NCBI GenBank assembly: GCA_036834125.1
Contig: DAITOK010000005.1
Span: 6,331 to 70,330, forward strand
Source: Chloroflexota bacterium
GTDB lineage: Bacteria; Chloroflexota; Dehalococcoidia; GIF9; AB-539-J10
DNA length: 64,000 nt
Reading direction: 5' to 3'
Of the stretch, positions 30,173 through 39,722 are shown piece after piece. Under the pieces are notes generated by a model, which was not told where the DNA came from, ran no database searches, and saw only the letters and a list, made by a program, of their open reading frames with translations. The first letter of the stretch is position 1, and each line of letters starts with the position of its first letter. Made by a program: the position numbers and the translations under genes.

Positions 30173-31636
30173 ATGCAGCTTGAATCGCAAACATCTGTGA
30201 GGGTGCGCTTTGCCCCCAGCCCCACAGGATACCCTCACGTAGGAAATATTAGAACTGCTCTGTTTAACTGGCTCTTTGCCCGTCATCATGGCGGGAAATT
30301 TATTCTCCGGATCGAGGATACCGACGTTGCCCGCAAGGTAGAAGGTGCGGTTGAAGTAATACTCGATAGCTTGCGATGGCTGGGATTGGACTGGGATGAA
30401 GGACCCTATTTCCAGTCTCAACGGTTGCCTTTTTACCGCGAGGTTGCCGATAGATTGCTGGAGTCCGGACATGCCTATTTATGCTACTGCTCTCCAGAAC
30501 GATTGGAAGCAATGCGCCAAGAGCAAGCAAGGCGAAAGCAGCCACCAAAATATGACCGTCATTGTCGAAATTTAACGCCGCAGGAAAGGAGTCGGGTAGA
30601 GGCAACAGGTATCACTCCGGTGGTACGTTTCAAAACACCTCTTGACGGCGAAACTACTTTCTACGACCTGGTGTACGGATCGGTGATGTTCAGGCATGAT
30701 ACTCTAGACGACTTTGTGCTGCTCAAATCAGATGGTTATCCTACATACCACCTGGCTAATGTAGTGGATGACCATCTGATGGTTATTTCGCATGTCTTAA
30801 GAGCCGACGAGTGGCTCTCCAGTACCCCGCGACACATCCTGCTCTACCAGTCGCTGAACTGGCAACCTCCACAATTTGCCCATTTGCCTATGATTTTAGG
30901 GCCTGACCGTGCCAAATTATCCAAAAGACACGGTGCTACCAATATCCGGGAGTACCAAAAACAAGGATATCTCCCGGATGCGATAGTCAACTTCTTGGCT
31001 CTGTTGGGCTGGTCACTTGACGACAAAACTGAACTGTTGTCTCGGGAGGAACTGATAAAACACTTCTCTCTAGAAAGGGTTGGTAAGGCAGCAGCTATCT
31101 TTAATAAAGAGAAACTGGATTGGATGAACGGGGTTTACTTGCGCAAACTAAGCCTAGAAGAATTTGTCCAGCAAGCCATACTGTTTCTAGAGAGAGACTT
31201 GCCAGAATCGGTAAAACGCCCGTTAGATAAAAATTACGTTACCCAGGTTCTGGCATTGGTTCAGGAGCGGGCCAAAACATTGGCTGAGGTTCCTCAACTT
31301 ACTAGCTTTTTCTTTCTCGATGAGCTGCAATACGATACCAGGCTGCTTTTGAGTAAGAAACTAGATACCAAATTGGCTATTCAAGCTATTACTATGGCTT
31401 TGCCAAAGCTAGAGCAGGTAAAAACCTGGGATACTTCTACACTGGAAAGTATCCTGCGTCCTTTGGCTACAGAGCTAAGTTTAGGTACAGGGGAAATGTT
31501 TGGTTTGTTCAGGGTGGCTGTCACAGGGCGTCCTGCGGCACCGCCGTTGTTTCAGACGATGGCAGTATTAGGAAAAGAAAAATGTCTGAAACGAATCCGT
31601 GCAGCACTGCAGCTATTATCTTGTCGCCCTAACTAG
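30173..31636 (+). CDS. gltX: Glutamate--tRNA ligase
   Basis: VRVRFAPSPTGYPHVGNIRTALFNW (HIGH motif variant) and KLSKRHG (KMSKS-type motif). The track start 30143 is TTG; ATG at 30173. Confidence 0.9.
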   Translation: MQLESQTSVRVRFAPSPTGYPHVGNIRTALFNWLFARHHGGKFILRIEDTDVARKVEGAVEVILDSLRWLGLDWDEGPYFQSQRLPFYREVADRLLESGHAYLCYCSPERLEAMRQEQARRKQPPKYDRHCRNLTPQERSRVEATGITPVVRFKTPLDGETTFYDLVYGSVMFRHDTLDDFVLLKSDGYPTYHLANVVDDHLMVISHVLRADEWLSSTPRHILLYQSLNWQPPQFAHLPMILGPDRAKLSKRHGATNIREYQKQGYLPDAIVNFLALLGWSLDDKTELLSREELIKHFSLERVGKAAAIFNKEKLDWMNGVYLRKLSLEEFVQQAILFLERDLPESVKRPLDKNYVTQVLALVQERAKTLAEVPQLTSFFFLDELQYDTRLLLSKKLDTKLAIQAITMALPKLEQVKTWDTSTLESILRPLATELSLGTGEMFGLFRVAVTGRPAAPPLFQTMAVLGKEKCLKRIRAALQLLSCRPN

Positions 31637-31746
31637 AATCCCTACCTCTAGCCTTGTATAACAAGTACTTAATAGCCTTTGTCCTGTGCAGTGTTGCCAA
31701 ATAGCTGAAAAATTTGAAATATTTGCTGTAAAAGCCCCAAAAGGTA

Positions 31747-31775
31747 TTGACAAAGCTTTGCTATTGTAGTAACAA
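31747..31775 (+). promoter_or_regulatory. Sigma70-like promoter TTGACA-17-TAACAA upstream of the small zinc-ribbon gene
   Basis: Hexamers read directly, ~36 bp upstream of the RBS AAAGGAGGG. Confidence 0.4.
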
Positions 31776-31810
31776 TTTAAGTAAAGTAAAAGCAAAAGGA
31801 GGGCAGAATA

Positions 31811-31954
31811 ATGGCAACAGCTTATTGCATGAAGTGCAGGAAGAAGGTGAACATGGCAAATCCGCGCCGAGTTACGCTCAAGAACAAGAGACCGGCGACC
31901 CAGGGTGTTTGCCCTAGCTGTGGCACGAAGGTATTCAGAATAGAGAAAGCCTAA
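31811..31954 (+). CDS. 47-aa zinc-ribbon protein (CxxC...CxxC), DUF5679-like
   Basis: MATAYCMKCRKKVNMANPRRVTLKNKRPATQGVCPSCGTKVFRIEKA. RBS AAAGGAGGG with 8-nt spacing, own promoter and terminator. Too short for the ORF track. The DUF5679 family name is from memory. Confidence 0.65.
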   Translation: MATAYCMKCRKKVNMANPRRVTLKNKRPATQGVCPSCGTKVFRIEKA

Positions 31955-31988
31955 ATTCAGATAGCAGTAGGCGGGTGTAGTAGAGTAG

Positions 31989-32010
31989 GTCACGCACAGC
32001 GTGACTGTTT
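31989..32010 (+). terminator. Rho-independent terminator (GTCACGC-ACA-GCGTGAC then TGTTTT)
   Basis: Perfect 7-bp stem followed by a T tract, 35 nt after the zinc-ribbon gene stop. Confidence 0.6.
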
Positions 32011-32387
32011 TAATGCTTGTGTGAGTTTCACAAGCCAAACTGAATAGCAGCGGGGAAATTGAGTTTCCTGCCGCAAAAAGAGGGTTATTGTTACATTTAT
32101 TAGCCCTCCTTAGTTTGTATCCTACAGGTCACGAGTGACTTCGCAAAAGTTGTAAAATGCCTTGTGGGGAGCATTTGGATTATCCTGTAGTGGTACATAA
32201 CCAAGATTCCTGGTATCGAGAATTACCTAATTCAGTTAGTACGCTTTAAATCCTTGTCAGTCTCGTGGTCAAACCTTAATTCCTCTTTATGCTAGTTGCT
32301 GGTTTCAGTAGCAGAAAAGGGCTTTTAATTCACTTGGACTTAGGTTAAACTTTAAGACGATCTACTTGTACGAGGTTATTTAGAGAA

Positions 32388-34835
32388 ATGACTCCGAATT
32401 ATGATCCCCAGCAGATCGAAAAAAAATGGCAACAAAAATGGGCAGCAAATCGTATTTACGAGGTAACTGAAAGTAGCAAACGTCCGAAGTTCTACGCTCT
32501 GACCATGTTTCCTTACACCTCGGGTGACCTCCACGTAGGCCATTGGTATGCTATGGCGCCTTCAGATGTTTATGCCCGGTTTAAGAGGATGCAAGGCTAT
32601 AATGTGCTTCATCCCATGGGGTTTGACGCCTTTGGGTTGCCGGCGGAAAACGCTGCCATCAAGCGGGGGGTTCATCCTTATGAATGGACGATGAAGAATA
32701 TTGAGAATATGCGTCGGCAGCTTAAGAGTATAGGGGCAATATATGACTGGAATCGCGAGGTCATTACCTGCCTGCCAGAGTATTACAAGTGGACGCAATG
32801 GTTTTTTCTTAAACTGTATCATGCTGGTCTTGCTTATCGGGCTGAGGCGCCGGTTAACTGGTGTCCGAGGTGTCAGACAGTGTTGGCTAATGAACAAGTG
32901 GTTGGGGAAGGTGTTTGCGAGAGGTGTGGCACACCCGTAACCAAGAAAGAATTGAAGCAGTGGTTTTTCAGGATTACTAAGTATGCTGAAGAACTCCTGG
33001 ATCATAGTGGTCTCGATTGGCCCGAACGGATAAAGGTAATGCAGAAGAACTGGGTCGGTAAGAGCGAGGGTGCCGAAGTTTCATTCTGGCTGGAGCATGA
33101 GATTGATGGTCAGAAAGAGATAAAAGTATTTACCACCCGCCCGGATACTATTTTCGGGGTAACTTTTTTCCTTCTGGCTCCAGAACATCGTTTGGTTTCC
33201 AAATTAACTACCCCGGAACATAGAGCTAAAGTGGAAGAGTATATTGCTTGGTGTCGGCGGCAGACTGAATATGAGCGTGTGGCAGTGGGCAGGGAGAAAA
33301 CTGGAGTTTTTTTGGGTAGTTATGTTATCAATCCACTAAGTCGCGAACGAGTGCCTATCTGGATTACCGATTACGTATTGCCAACTTATGGCACAGGGGC
33401 AGTGATGGCAGTACCAGCCCATGATGAACGAGACTTCGAATTTGCTAAGAAGTTTAAACTACCCGTGCGAATAGTTATTGCTCCACCGGGTTGGGCAGGG
33501 GAAGAATTGTCACAAGCGTATTCTGGGCCAGGTACGATGGTGAATTCGGGAGAATTCAGTGGTCTGCCTAGCGAACGAGGATACGAGGCGATTTGTGATT
33601 TACTGGAGGAAAAAAGGTTGGGCAAGCGGACGGTGGTTTATCGGCTCAGGGACTGGCTGATCTCCAGACAAAGGTACTGGGGAGCACCCATTCCGATAAT
33701 CTATTGTGATAGATGCGGCGTAGTCCCTGTGCCTGAAAAAAATTTGCCTGTCCTTCTTCCTCCCGATGCCGAATTTAAACCCACTGGGGAATCTCCTCTG
33801 AAATATTGCCCAAGTTTCGTAAATACTACCTGCCCCAGATGCTCCGGTCCAGCACAAAGGGAAACTGATACTATGGATACATTCATGTGCTCCTCGTGGT
33901 ACTTCTTGAGGTATACCAGTCCCAGAACTGAAAGTGCTCCCTTCGATCCTGAAAAAGCCGAGTATTGGTTGCCTGTGGATCTGTATACTGGTGGTGCTGA
34001 GCATGCAGTTATGCATCTTTTCTATGCTCGTTTTTTCATCAAGGCGCTAAGAGACATAGGGCTGGTTGATTTTGATGAGCCGTTTACTCGGCTGTTCAAT
34101 CAAGGGACGATAATATATCGTGGCGATAAGATGAGCAAATCTAGAGGCAATGTGGTTGCTCCTGACGAGTATGTGGCTAAGTTAGGTGCTGATGCTGTCC
34201 GTGGGTATCTTATGTTTATTGGTCCTTGGGAGCTTGGTGGGGAATGGAGTGATAGAGGTATTGTCGGCATTAGCCGCTGGCTAAATCGGGTTTGGAGCTT
34301 AGTCACAACGGACTACATTAGCCGCATTGTCAAACCTGAAGCTGAGAAAGAACTCCTTCATTTAATTCATAGGACAATCAAAGAAGTGACCACTGATTTG
34401 GAAAAGTTCCGCTTCAACACGATGCTATCTTGTCTTATGGAGTTCAGCAACTATCTATCCAAGATTAAGGAAAGTAGAGTGGTTTCGGATTTTCTGTGGA
34501 AGGAAGCCATCAGGTATTTTTTGCTTCTACTTGCCCCCAGTGTGCCTCACCTTGCTGAGGAGTTGTGGAGCAAGATCGGGCAGCCCTATAGTATTCATAA
34601 CCAACCATGGCCTGGATATGATGAGGAACTGGCTAAGGAAGAAGAAGTTACCTTGGTCATTCAAGTAAATGGCAAACTTCGTGATAAAGTGCTTGTACCT
34701 GCTTCTATAAGTGAAGTTGAAGCTAAGGAATTGGCACTGGGTCGAGAACGAGTGAAATCTTATATTGATGGCAAGAAACTTATCAGAGTCGTCTATGTTC
34801 CTAAACGAGTAGTGAATATCGTGGTAGCGTCATGA
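32388..34835 (+). CDS. leuS: Leucine--tRNA ligase
   Basis: 815 aa. HIGH motif region (PYTSGDLHVGHWYAM), KMSKS (KMSKSRGN), and CP1 editing and anticodon-binding domains. Confidence 0.95.
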   Translation: MTPNYDPQQIEKKWQQKWAANRIYEVTESSKRPKFYALTMFPYTSGDLHVGHWYAMAPSDVYARFKRMQGYNVLHPMGFDAFGLPAENAAIKRGVHPYEWTMKNIENMRRQLKSIGAIYDWNREVITCLPEYYKWTQWFFLKLYHAGLAYRAEAPVNWCPRCQTVLANEQVVGEGVCERCGTPVTKKELKQWFFRITKYAEELLDHSGLDWPERIKVMQKNWVGKSEGAEVSFWLEHEIDGQKEIKVFTTRPDTIFGVTFFLLAPEHRLVSKLTTPEHRAKVEEYIAWCRRQTEYERVAVGREKTGVFLGSYVINPLSRERVPIWITDYVLPTYGTGAVMAVPAHDERDFEFAKKFKLPVRIVIAPPGWAGEELSQAYSGPGTMVNSGEFSGLPSERGYEAICDLLEEKRLGKRTVVYRLRDWLISRQRYWGAPIPIIYCDRCGVVPVPEKNLPVLLPPDAEFKPTGESPLKYCPSFVNTTCPRCSGPAQRETDTMDTFMCSSWYFLRYTSPRTESAPFDPEKAEYWLPVDLYTGGAEHAVMHLFYARFFIKALRDIGLVDFDEPFTRLFNQGTIIYRGDKMSKSRGNVVAPDEYVAKLGADAVRGYLMFIGPWELGGEWSDRGIVGISRWLNRVWSLVTTDYISRIVKPEAEKELLHLIHRTIKEVTTDLEKFRFNTMLSCLMEFSNYLSKIKESRVVSDFLWKEAIRYFLLLLAPSVPHLAEELWSKIGQPYSIHNQPWPGYDEELAKEEEVTLVIQVNGKLRDKVLVPASISEVEAKELALGRERVKSYIDGKKLIRVVYVPKRVVNIVVAS

Positions 34836-35653
34836 CGGAAGCAAAAGGAAGCAAAGACAAGATAAGGATAGTGTTTGTTGGTGGTGGGGCTATGGGGGAA
34901 GCCATGGTTAAGTGCCTTTTGGCTAAGAAGGTGGTGGAGTCACGGGAAATAGTGATTAGCGACATCAGTCCAATACGGCGTGAATTGATGAGCAAAGAGT
35001 ACAAAGTCAGCACTGTGGCTGATAATAGGAAGGCAGTGGCAAATGCTGACTTAATTGTTTTGGCGGTGAAGCCTCAGAATCTCTCTGAAGTAATGGCAGA
35101 AGTAAAAGGATTAGAGTCTCACCAATTAGTGCTGTCCATAGTAGCCGGTGCTACTCTGTCCAGTTTATGCCAAGGCTTACACCATTCCTCTGTGGTTCGA
35201 GCTATGCCCAATATGCCAGCACAGATTGGTGAGGGAATAACTATCTGGACAGCAACTGCTGAAACTACACAAAAGCAGAAAAGCTTAGCTCAGACTATAT
35301 TGGGTGCTCTAGGTACAGAAATTTATGTTGATGACGAAAAATATTTAACCATGGCCACAGCTTTAAGCGGCAGTGGACCAGCTTATGTGTTTCTCTTTAT
35401 CGAGGCACTGGTTGATGCTGGTGTCCACATTGGCTTGCCTCGAGATATGGCTCAGGAATTGGTAATACAAACTATACTTGGCTCTGTGCGCACTGTTGAA
35501 AAGACCGGTAAACATCCTGCCGATTTGAGGAACATGGTGACTTCGCCAGGCGGGACCACCACCGAAGCTCTTCTTCAATTAGAAAAAGGGAGATTTCGCT
35601 CACTTCTTCTTGAAGCTGTGGCTGCTGCTTACAAAAAGGCCAAACGGCTTTAG
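34832..35653 (+). CDS. proC: Pyrroline-5-carboxylate reductase
   Basis: Rossmann N-terminus IVFVGGGAMGEAM and the ProC dimerisation region. Its ATG overlaps the leuS TGA (ATGA). Confidence 0.88.
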   Translation: MTEAKGSKDKIRIVFVGGGAMGEAMVKCLLAKKVVESREIVISDISPIRRELMSKEYKVSTVADNRKAVANADLIVLAVKPQNLSEVMAEVKGLESHQLVLSIVAGATLSSLCQGLHHSSVVRAMPNMPAQIGEGITIWTATAETTQKQKSLAQTILGALGTEIYVDDEKYLTMATALSGSGPAYVFLFIEALVDAGVHIGLPRDMAQELVIQTILGSVRTVEKTGKHPADLRNMVTSPGGTTTEALLQLEKGRFRSLLLEAVAAAYKKAKRL

Positions 35654-35683
35654 AATTAGAGGGGAACAAGGTGTTACTAGAGA

Positions 35684-36679
35684 ATGGCAAATATTTCTCT
35701 ATTGCAAGGGATTAAGCTCACTGTAGGGATAGTAGGCAGATATATAACTAACCATCCTGTGGTAGTTTCTTACGAAGTAACATTTTCTTGCAACTGCAAT
35801 TGTCTTCACTGTGACCTTGGAGGGGTTATAAAGGATGAAAAGCAAATCAGCCCGGATGAATATAGAGTTTTAACTCAACGTCTTAAGCCGCTGGCAGCGC
35901 AGATTTCCGGTGGTGAACCACTTTTGCGTAAGGATATAACAGCCGTGGTTAAGGCTATTAAAGATGGTGGTGTGCAATATGCGATACTGGTTACCAATGG
36001 AGTGCTCTTGAACGAAAGCAATTACATACAATTGCGTGAGGCGGGGGTAAATCAGTTTTCCGTATCACTTGACTTTCCTGACGAGCGGCATGACGAGTTT
36101 CGGCAGCGGCCCGGTCTTTATAGACGCCTGGAGCAGACTTTACCGAGGTTAGTAAGGCTCGGTTTTCAGGATATTATCCTGAACACGGCTATCACTAAAG
36201 CCAATGTGCGAGAAATAGTGTCGTTGGCAAAGAAGGCTGCTGAATGGGGTGTGGATATATCCTATAGTGCCTATACTCCGATGCGAACAGGAAACAAAGA
36301 CTATTGCCTGAACAGCGGGGAGGACTTAGAGATTCTGCGTCAGGCTATTGACGAACTGATGGTATTAAGAAAGCAGGGTGTACCCCTAGTTAACCCAAGA
36401 CTTACGCTCCAAGATACTTTAAGATTCTTTGAACAAGGACAAATACCAAATTGCCAAGCTGGCATAAAATTTCTTGTAGTGATGCCCGACGGGACACTTG
36501 TTCCCTGTTCGCAGCACCGCACTGGATACGCTACTCGTAAGGAGATGGTGCAAGGATTTTCTCAAACTAACCGATGCGGTGATTGCTACGTCGCTATAAG
36601 ATCCTATAGTGAAATGTCATTCTTGAGCCACGTAAAGAATCTGCCCCGATATCTACGGCAAATGGTTTTTCACTGTTAA
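35684..36679 (+). CDS. Radical SAM protein with C-terminal SPASM/twitch-like Cys cluster
   Basis: CxxxCxxC in FSCNCNCLHCD; C-terminal Cys in NCQAG...PCSQ...RCGDCY. Confidence 0.7.
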   Translation: MANISLLQGIKLTVGIVGRYITNHPVVVSYEVTFSCNCNCLHCDLGGVIKDEKQISPDEYRVLTQRLKPLAAQISGGEPLLRKDITAVVKAIKDGGVQYAILVTNGVLLNESNYIQLREAGVNQFSVSLDFPDERHDEFRQRPGLYRRLEQTLPRLVRLGFQDIILNTAITKANVREIVSLAKKAAEWGVDISYSAYTPMRTGNKDYCLNSGEDLEILRQAIDELMVLRKQGVPLVNPRLTLQDTLRFFEQGQIPNCQAGIKFLVVMPDGTLVPCSQHRTGYATRKEMVQGFSQTNRCGDCYVAIRSYSEMSFLSHVKNLPRYLRQMVFHC

Positions 36680-36880
36680 TCATGGATATTCAATGGCCTA
36701 TTACTAGCGTTCAATCAAGTCGTTGGCGCAAGCTCAGTCGGATACTATACACGCGCAGCCTTGCTCAAGGCTGAGTGACTTTTGAATAATGCTAACCACC
36801 TTGTAATAGGCTGGGAATAACAACCTACTCCGAGCCACTAAAGGAATACTTCAAAGGTGCGGTTTTGATAAAACTGTGTC

Positions 36881-37147
36881 TTAACTGGTGGTTGGGGTCT
36901 TGCCGGGATATATCTTACGCCACTTGTTCAATAGTTGTTCCCGCGTTTCTTTGTGCTTGGGGTCGGGGACGCAGGCATCTACAGGACAAACCTCAACACA
37001 CTTCTGTTTGTCGAACCACCCCACGCACTCAGTGCATTTTTCAGGGTCAATGACATAGATGTCTTCCCCTTCCCGTATAGCCTCATTTTTGCATTCTGGT
37101 TCGCAGGCACCACAGCTAATACAGTCTTCAGTAATTTTGTAGGCCAT
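36881..37147 (-). CDS. 2x[4Fe-4S] ferredoxin
   Basis: [11 protein letters not shown] and CTECVGW...CVEVCP cluster motifs; strong RBS AGGAGG. Confidence 0.85.
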   Translation of the reverse strand: MAYKITEDCISCGACEPECKNEAIREGEDIYVIDPEKCTECVGWFDKQKCVEVCPVDACVPDPKHKETREQLLNKWRKIYPGKTPTTS

Positions 37148-37159
37148 CTTTTAACCTCC

Positions 37160-37693
37160 TTAACTTTTGGGTGTTAATTTTACATTTTTGCTGGTACTAG
37201 AGGCAAGACCAGCGGGCACGGGAAACCTCTTTCTTAAAGCTGCAGCTACATGGTCAGGAACCATGCCATCCAGACATCCTCCTAGCTTAGCTACTTCCTT
37301 GATTAAAGATGAACTGAGGAATTGGTATTGAGAACTAGTCATCAAGCAAATTAGCTCAATGTCAGGAGCTAGCTTTCTGTTCATCAGCGCCATTTCAAAT
37401 TCCCGTTCGAAGTCAGAATTTGCCCTCAAGCCACGTATCATCACTTTTCCTCCTACTTGGTGTATAAAATCCACAGTCAGTCCTTTAAAAGCTTTAACGC
37501 GAACATTAGGCAGTCCAACTATTGCTTGTTTTACTAGCTTCACCCTTTGCTCCAGAGAAAAAAGCGGCTGTTTGCTAGGATTTTCATACACACCGACAAT
37601 TAGTTCATCAACCAACGCTGCAGCTCGTTCAATGATGTCCATGTGTCCGTAGGTAAGAGGGTCAAACGTTCCGGGATAAACTCCTACAAGCAT
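37160..37693 (-). CDS. coaD: Phosphopantetheine adenylyltransferase
   Basis: MLVGVYPGTFDPLTYGHMDII (T/HxGH motif); RBS AAAAGGAGG. Confidence 0.92.
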   Translation of the reverse strand: MLVGVYPGTFDPLTYGHMDIIERAAALVDELIVGVYENPSKQPLFSLEQRVKLVKQAIVGLPNVRVKAFKGLTVDFIHQVGGKVMIRGLRANSDFEREFEMALMNRKLAPDIELICLMTSSQYQFLSSSLIKEVAKLGGCLDGMVPDHVAAALRKRFPVPAGLASSTSKNVKLTPKS

Positions 37694-37695
37694 AG

Positions 37696-38244
37696 CTAAA
37701 CCTCCTTTTGATAAATGGAAACAAAAGTATCGCCGTAGCGGCGCTCTTTGATAAGACTAAGTCCATCATAGTGGGAGCTCAAGGGAAAGCGATTAGCGTG
37801 GCAAACTACGATCGTACAATTTCCCTTCAGTAATTTTGACTTAGCTAAATTTGTCAGTAAATCGTTTACACAAGGATTGGAGTAGGGTGGGTCTAAAAAG
37901 ATAATATCGTAACTTTTGTCAAGAAAGGTAAGTGCCCTGTTCACGCTGCAGCAGTAGATGTGTGCTCGATGCATGTCCCCTGTTTTTTCTAAGTTACTTT
38001 TGATAAGGTCGCAGCATTTTTTTCTCTGGTCAACAAAATCAACCCATTCTGCCCCCCGGCTGAGGGCTTCGATGCCTAGAGCACCAGTGCCAGCGTACAA
38101 ATCAAGAACATGTTGCCAGTTTGTAGTACTGGTCACCAAAAGCGAGAAAATGGCTTGTCTGACTACGTTGGTCGTGGGTCTTACAGAACGTTTTGGTAGA
38201 GTTTTTAGATGAGCTCCTTTTACTTTGCCCCCAGTAATCCGCAT
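37696..38244 (-). CDS. rsmD: 16S rRNA (guanine966-N2)-methyltransferase RsmD
   Basis: MRITGGKVKGAHL..., SAM motif VLDLYAGTGALGIEALSRGA, and catalytic DPPY in IFLDPPY. The track TTG start is at 38253; ATG at 38244. A 2-nt gap separates it from coaD. Confidence 0.88.
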   Translation of the reverse strand: MRITGGKVKGAHLKTLPKRSVRPTTNVVRQAIFSLLVTSTTNWQHVLDLYAGTGALGIEALSRGAEWVDFVDQRKKCCDLIKSNLEKTGDMHRAHIYCCSVNRALTFLDKSYDIIFLDPPYSNPCVNDLLTNLAKSKLLKGNCTIVVCHANRFPLSSHYDGLSLIKERRYGDTFVSIYQKEV

Positions 38245-38444
38245 TCTTATCAACCTTAAATGATACTCTTGCAGTGCTATAGTATATTATCATTCTATCG
38301 TTTAGTTCAAGCAAGCTAGGGTTTTATTGGCTTGCTAAAATCCGCAGCCGACTGTCACCTATGTACTCAGCCACCACAAGCAATTGACATTGTAGTTAAC
38401 CGATGCTATAGTAGAGAAAGTTAATATTTTGGTGAGGTGCTAGG

Positions 38445-38780
38445 ATGAATTATGGTCGTGAACTGCTAAAGGGAAATACTGATTCTTTGCTGCTTAGCAT
38501 AATTAGTCATGAGCCAACTTATGGCTATCAAATCGTAAAAGAACTACAGAAAAGGAGCAACGGGTATTTTCATTTCAAAGAAGGCACTCTTTATCCTGCC
38601 CTGCATCGTTTAGAGCGAGAAAATCTTATTGTGGGTAAATGGCAGGTACTTCCTAATGGACAGCAAAGACGTTACTACTATATAACTGAAAAAGGGCAGC
38701 AAGTCCTGACTAAAAGATTAGCTACATGGCAACATTTTTCTGAAGCAGTTAAAGCAGTTTTACAGCCAGAAACACCTTGA
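38445..38780 (+). CDS. PadR-family transcriptional regulator
   Basis: PadR winged-helix: LLLSIISHEPTYGYQIVKELQKRSNGYFHFKEGTLYPALHRLERENLI. Confidence 0.88.
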   Translation: MNYGRELLKGNTDSLLLSIISHEPTYGYQIVKELQKRSNGYFHFKEGTLYPALHRLERENLIVGKWQVLPNGQQRRYYYITEKGQQVLTKRLATWQHFSEAVKAVLQPETP

Positions 38781-38787
38781 GATTAAA

Positions 38788-39681
38788 ATGGCGAGTCATA
38801 TAAGTCATTATTTAAACAAATTTAAAGATTGCCTCGAGATTGACCAAACTATAAAGGATGGCGTCGCTGAAGAGCTTCACACACATCTTGAAGAAAAAAT
38901 TCAGGAACTAGAAGAAAAAGGACTAAGTAAGGAAGAGGCAAGCAAAATAGCAGTACAATCCTTGGGCTCTCCGGAACTAATCGCCGAACAAATCTATGAG
39001 ACACATGCTCAAGGTAGTTGGAAAGAAGCCGTTTTCAGCGCCTTACCTCACCTTCTAGTTGCTTTACTCTTCACATCCTATTACTGGCAAAATGTTATCT
39101 ATGCGTCAATCGTACTGGCACTAACAGTTGGGATGGCAATTTATGGTTGGCAGCGAGGTAAGCCGATATGGTTTTTCCCGTGGTTGGGGTATTATTTGAT
39201 GCCGGTGGTGGTTAGTGGTATATTGTTGCTTTCGCTTCCTTATGGTTGGGGCTGGATAGTAGCACTTATTTATATCCCACTGGTTTTGTTCGTCTTTATC
39301 CACATAATGAAACAAACTGCTAGGCGTGATTGGCTATATGTCTCACTCATGCTCGCCCCTATGCTTGTGACATTCACTTGGTTTTCATCATTGGGCAGAG
39401 GAGATGAGCTTTTAGCCAGCGATTGGGTAACTAGGCTACAAACAAATGCCTTGTGGATTGTTATTAGCTTTATTGCTTTGGCTGGAGCCACTATCGCTTT
39501 CATTCGCGTCAAAGCGCGTAGATATAAGATTATTAGTTTGGTAATCCCCCCGCTTGTGATTTTATTTGCGGTGATCACAGCAAGCCGAGGCGATATTTGC
39601 TCTTGGGCTTGGCTACTGCTGCTCTTTTCTTTGTCCGGCTTTGCTCTGCCCTTGTGGATGCAAGCCCGGGCATATCAGTAA
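38788..39681 (+). CDS. Polytopic membrane protein with N-terminal soluble helical domain (DUF1700/HAAS-like), the usual partner of PadR
   Basis: N-terminal ~75 soluble residues (MASHISHYLNKFKDCLEIDQTIKDGVAEELHTHLEEKIQELEEKGLS...), then about 6 hydrophobic segments. Confidence 0.6.
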   Translation: MASHISHYLNKFKDCLEIDQTIKDGVAEELHTHLEEKIQELEEKGLSKEEASKIAVQSLGSPELIAEQIYETHAQGSWKEAVFSALPHLLVALLFTSYYWQNVIYASIVLALTVGMAIYGWQRGKPIWFFPWLGYYLMPVVVSGILLLSLPYGWGWIVALIYIPLVLFVFIHIMKQTARRDWLYVSLMLAPMLVTFTWFSSLGRGDELLASDWVTRLQTNALWIVISFIALAGATIAFIRVKARRYKIISLVIPPLVILFAVITASRGDICSWAWLLLLFSLSGFALPLWMQARAYQ

Positions 39682-39722
39682 TCGTTACCTAAAAGAGCTA
39701 GAAATCCCAAAATAGCCCCAGA

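Noticed and set aside
31616-32038. 140-aa minus-strand ORF
   Set aside because: It spans the gltX stop, the zinc-ribbon gene on the opposite strand and its terminator. It has no RBS and is spurious.
32170-32200. T-box consensus upstream of leuS
   Set aside because: Only a 7-nt core (GTGGTAC) matches; the flanking GGG and CCGCG are absent. It is kept as a low-confidence hypothesis and not called as a feature.
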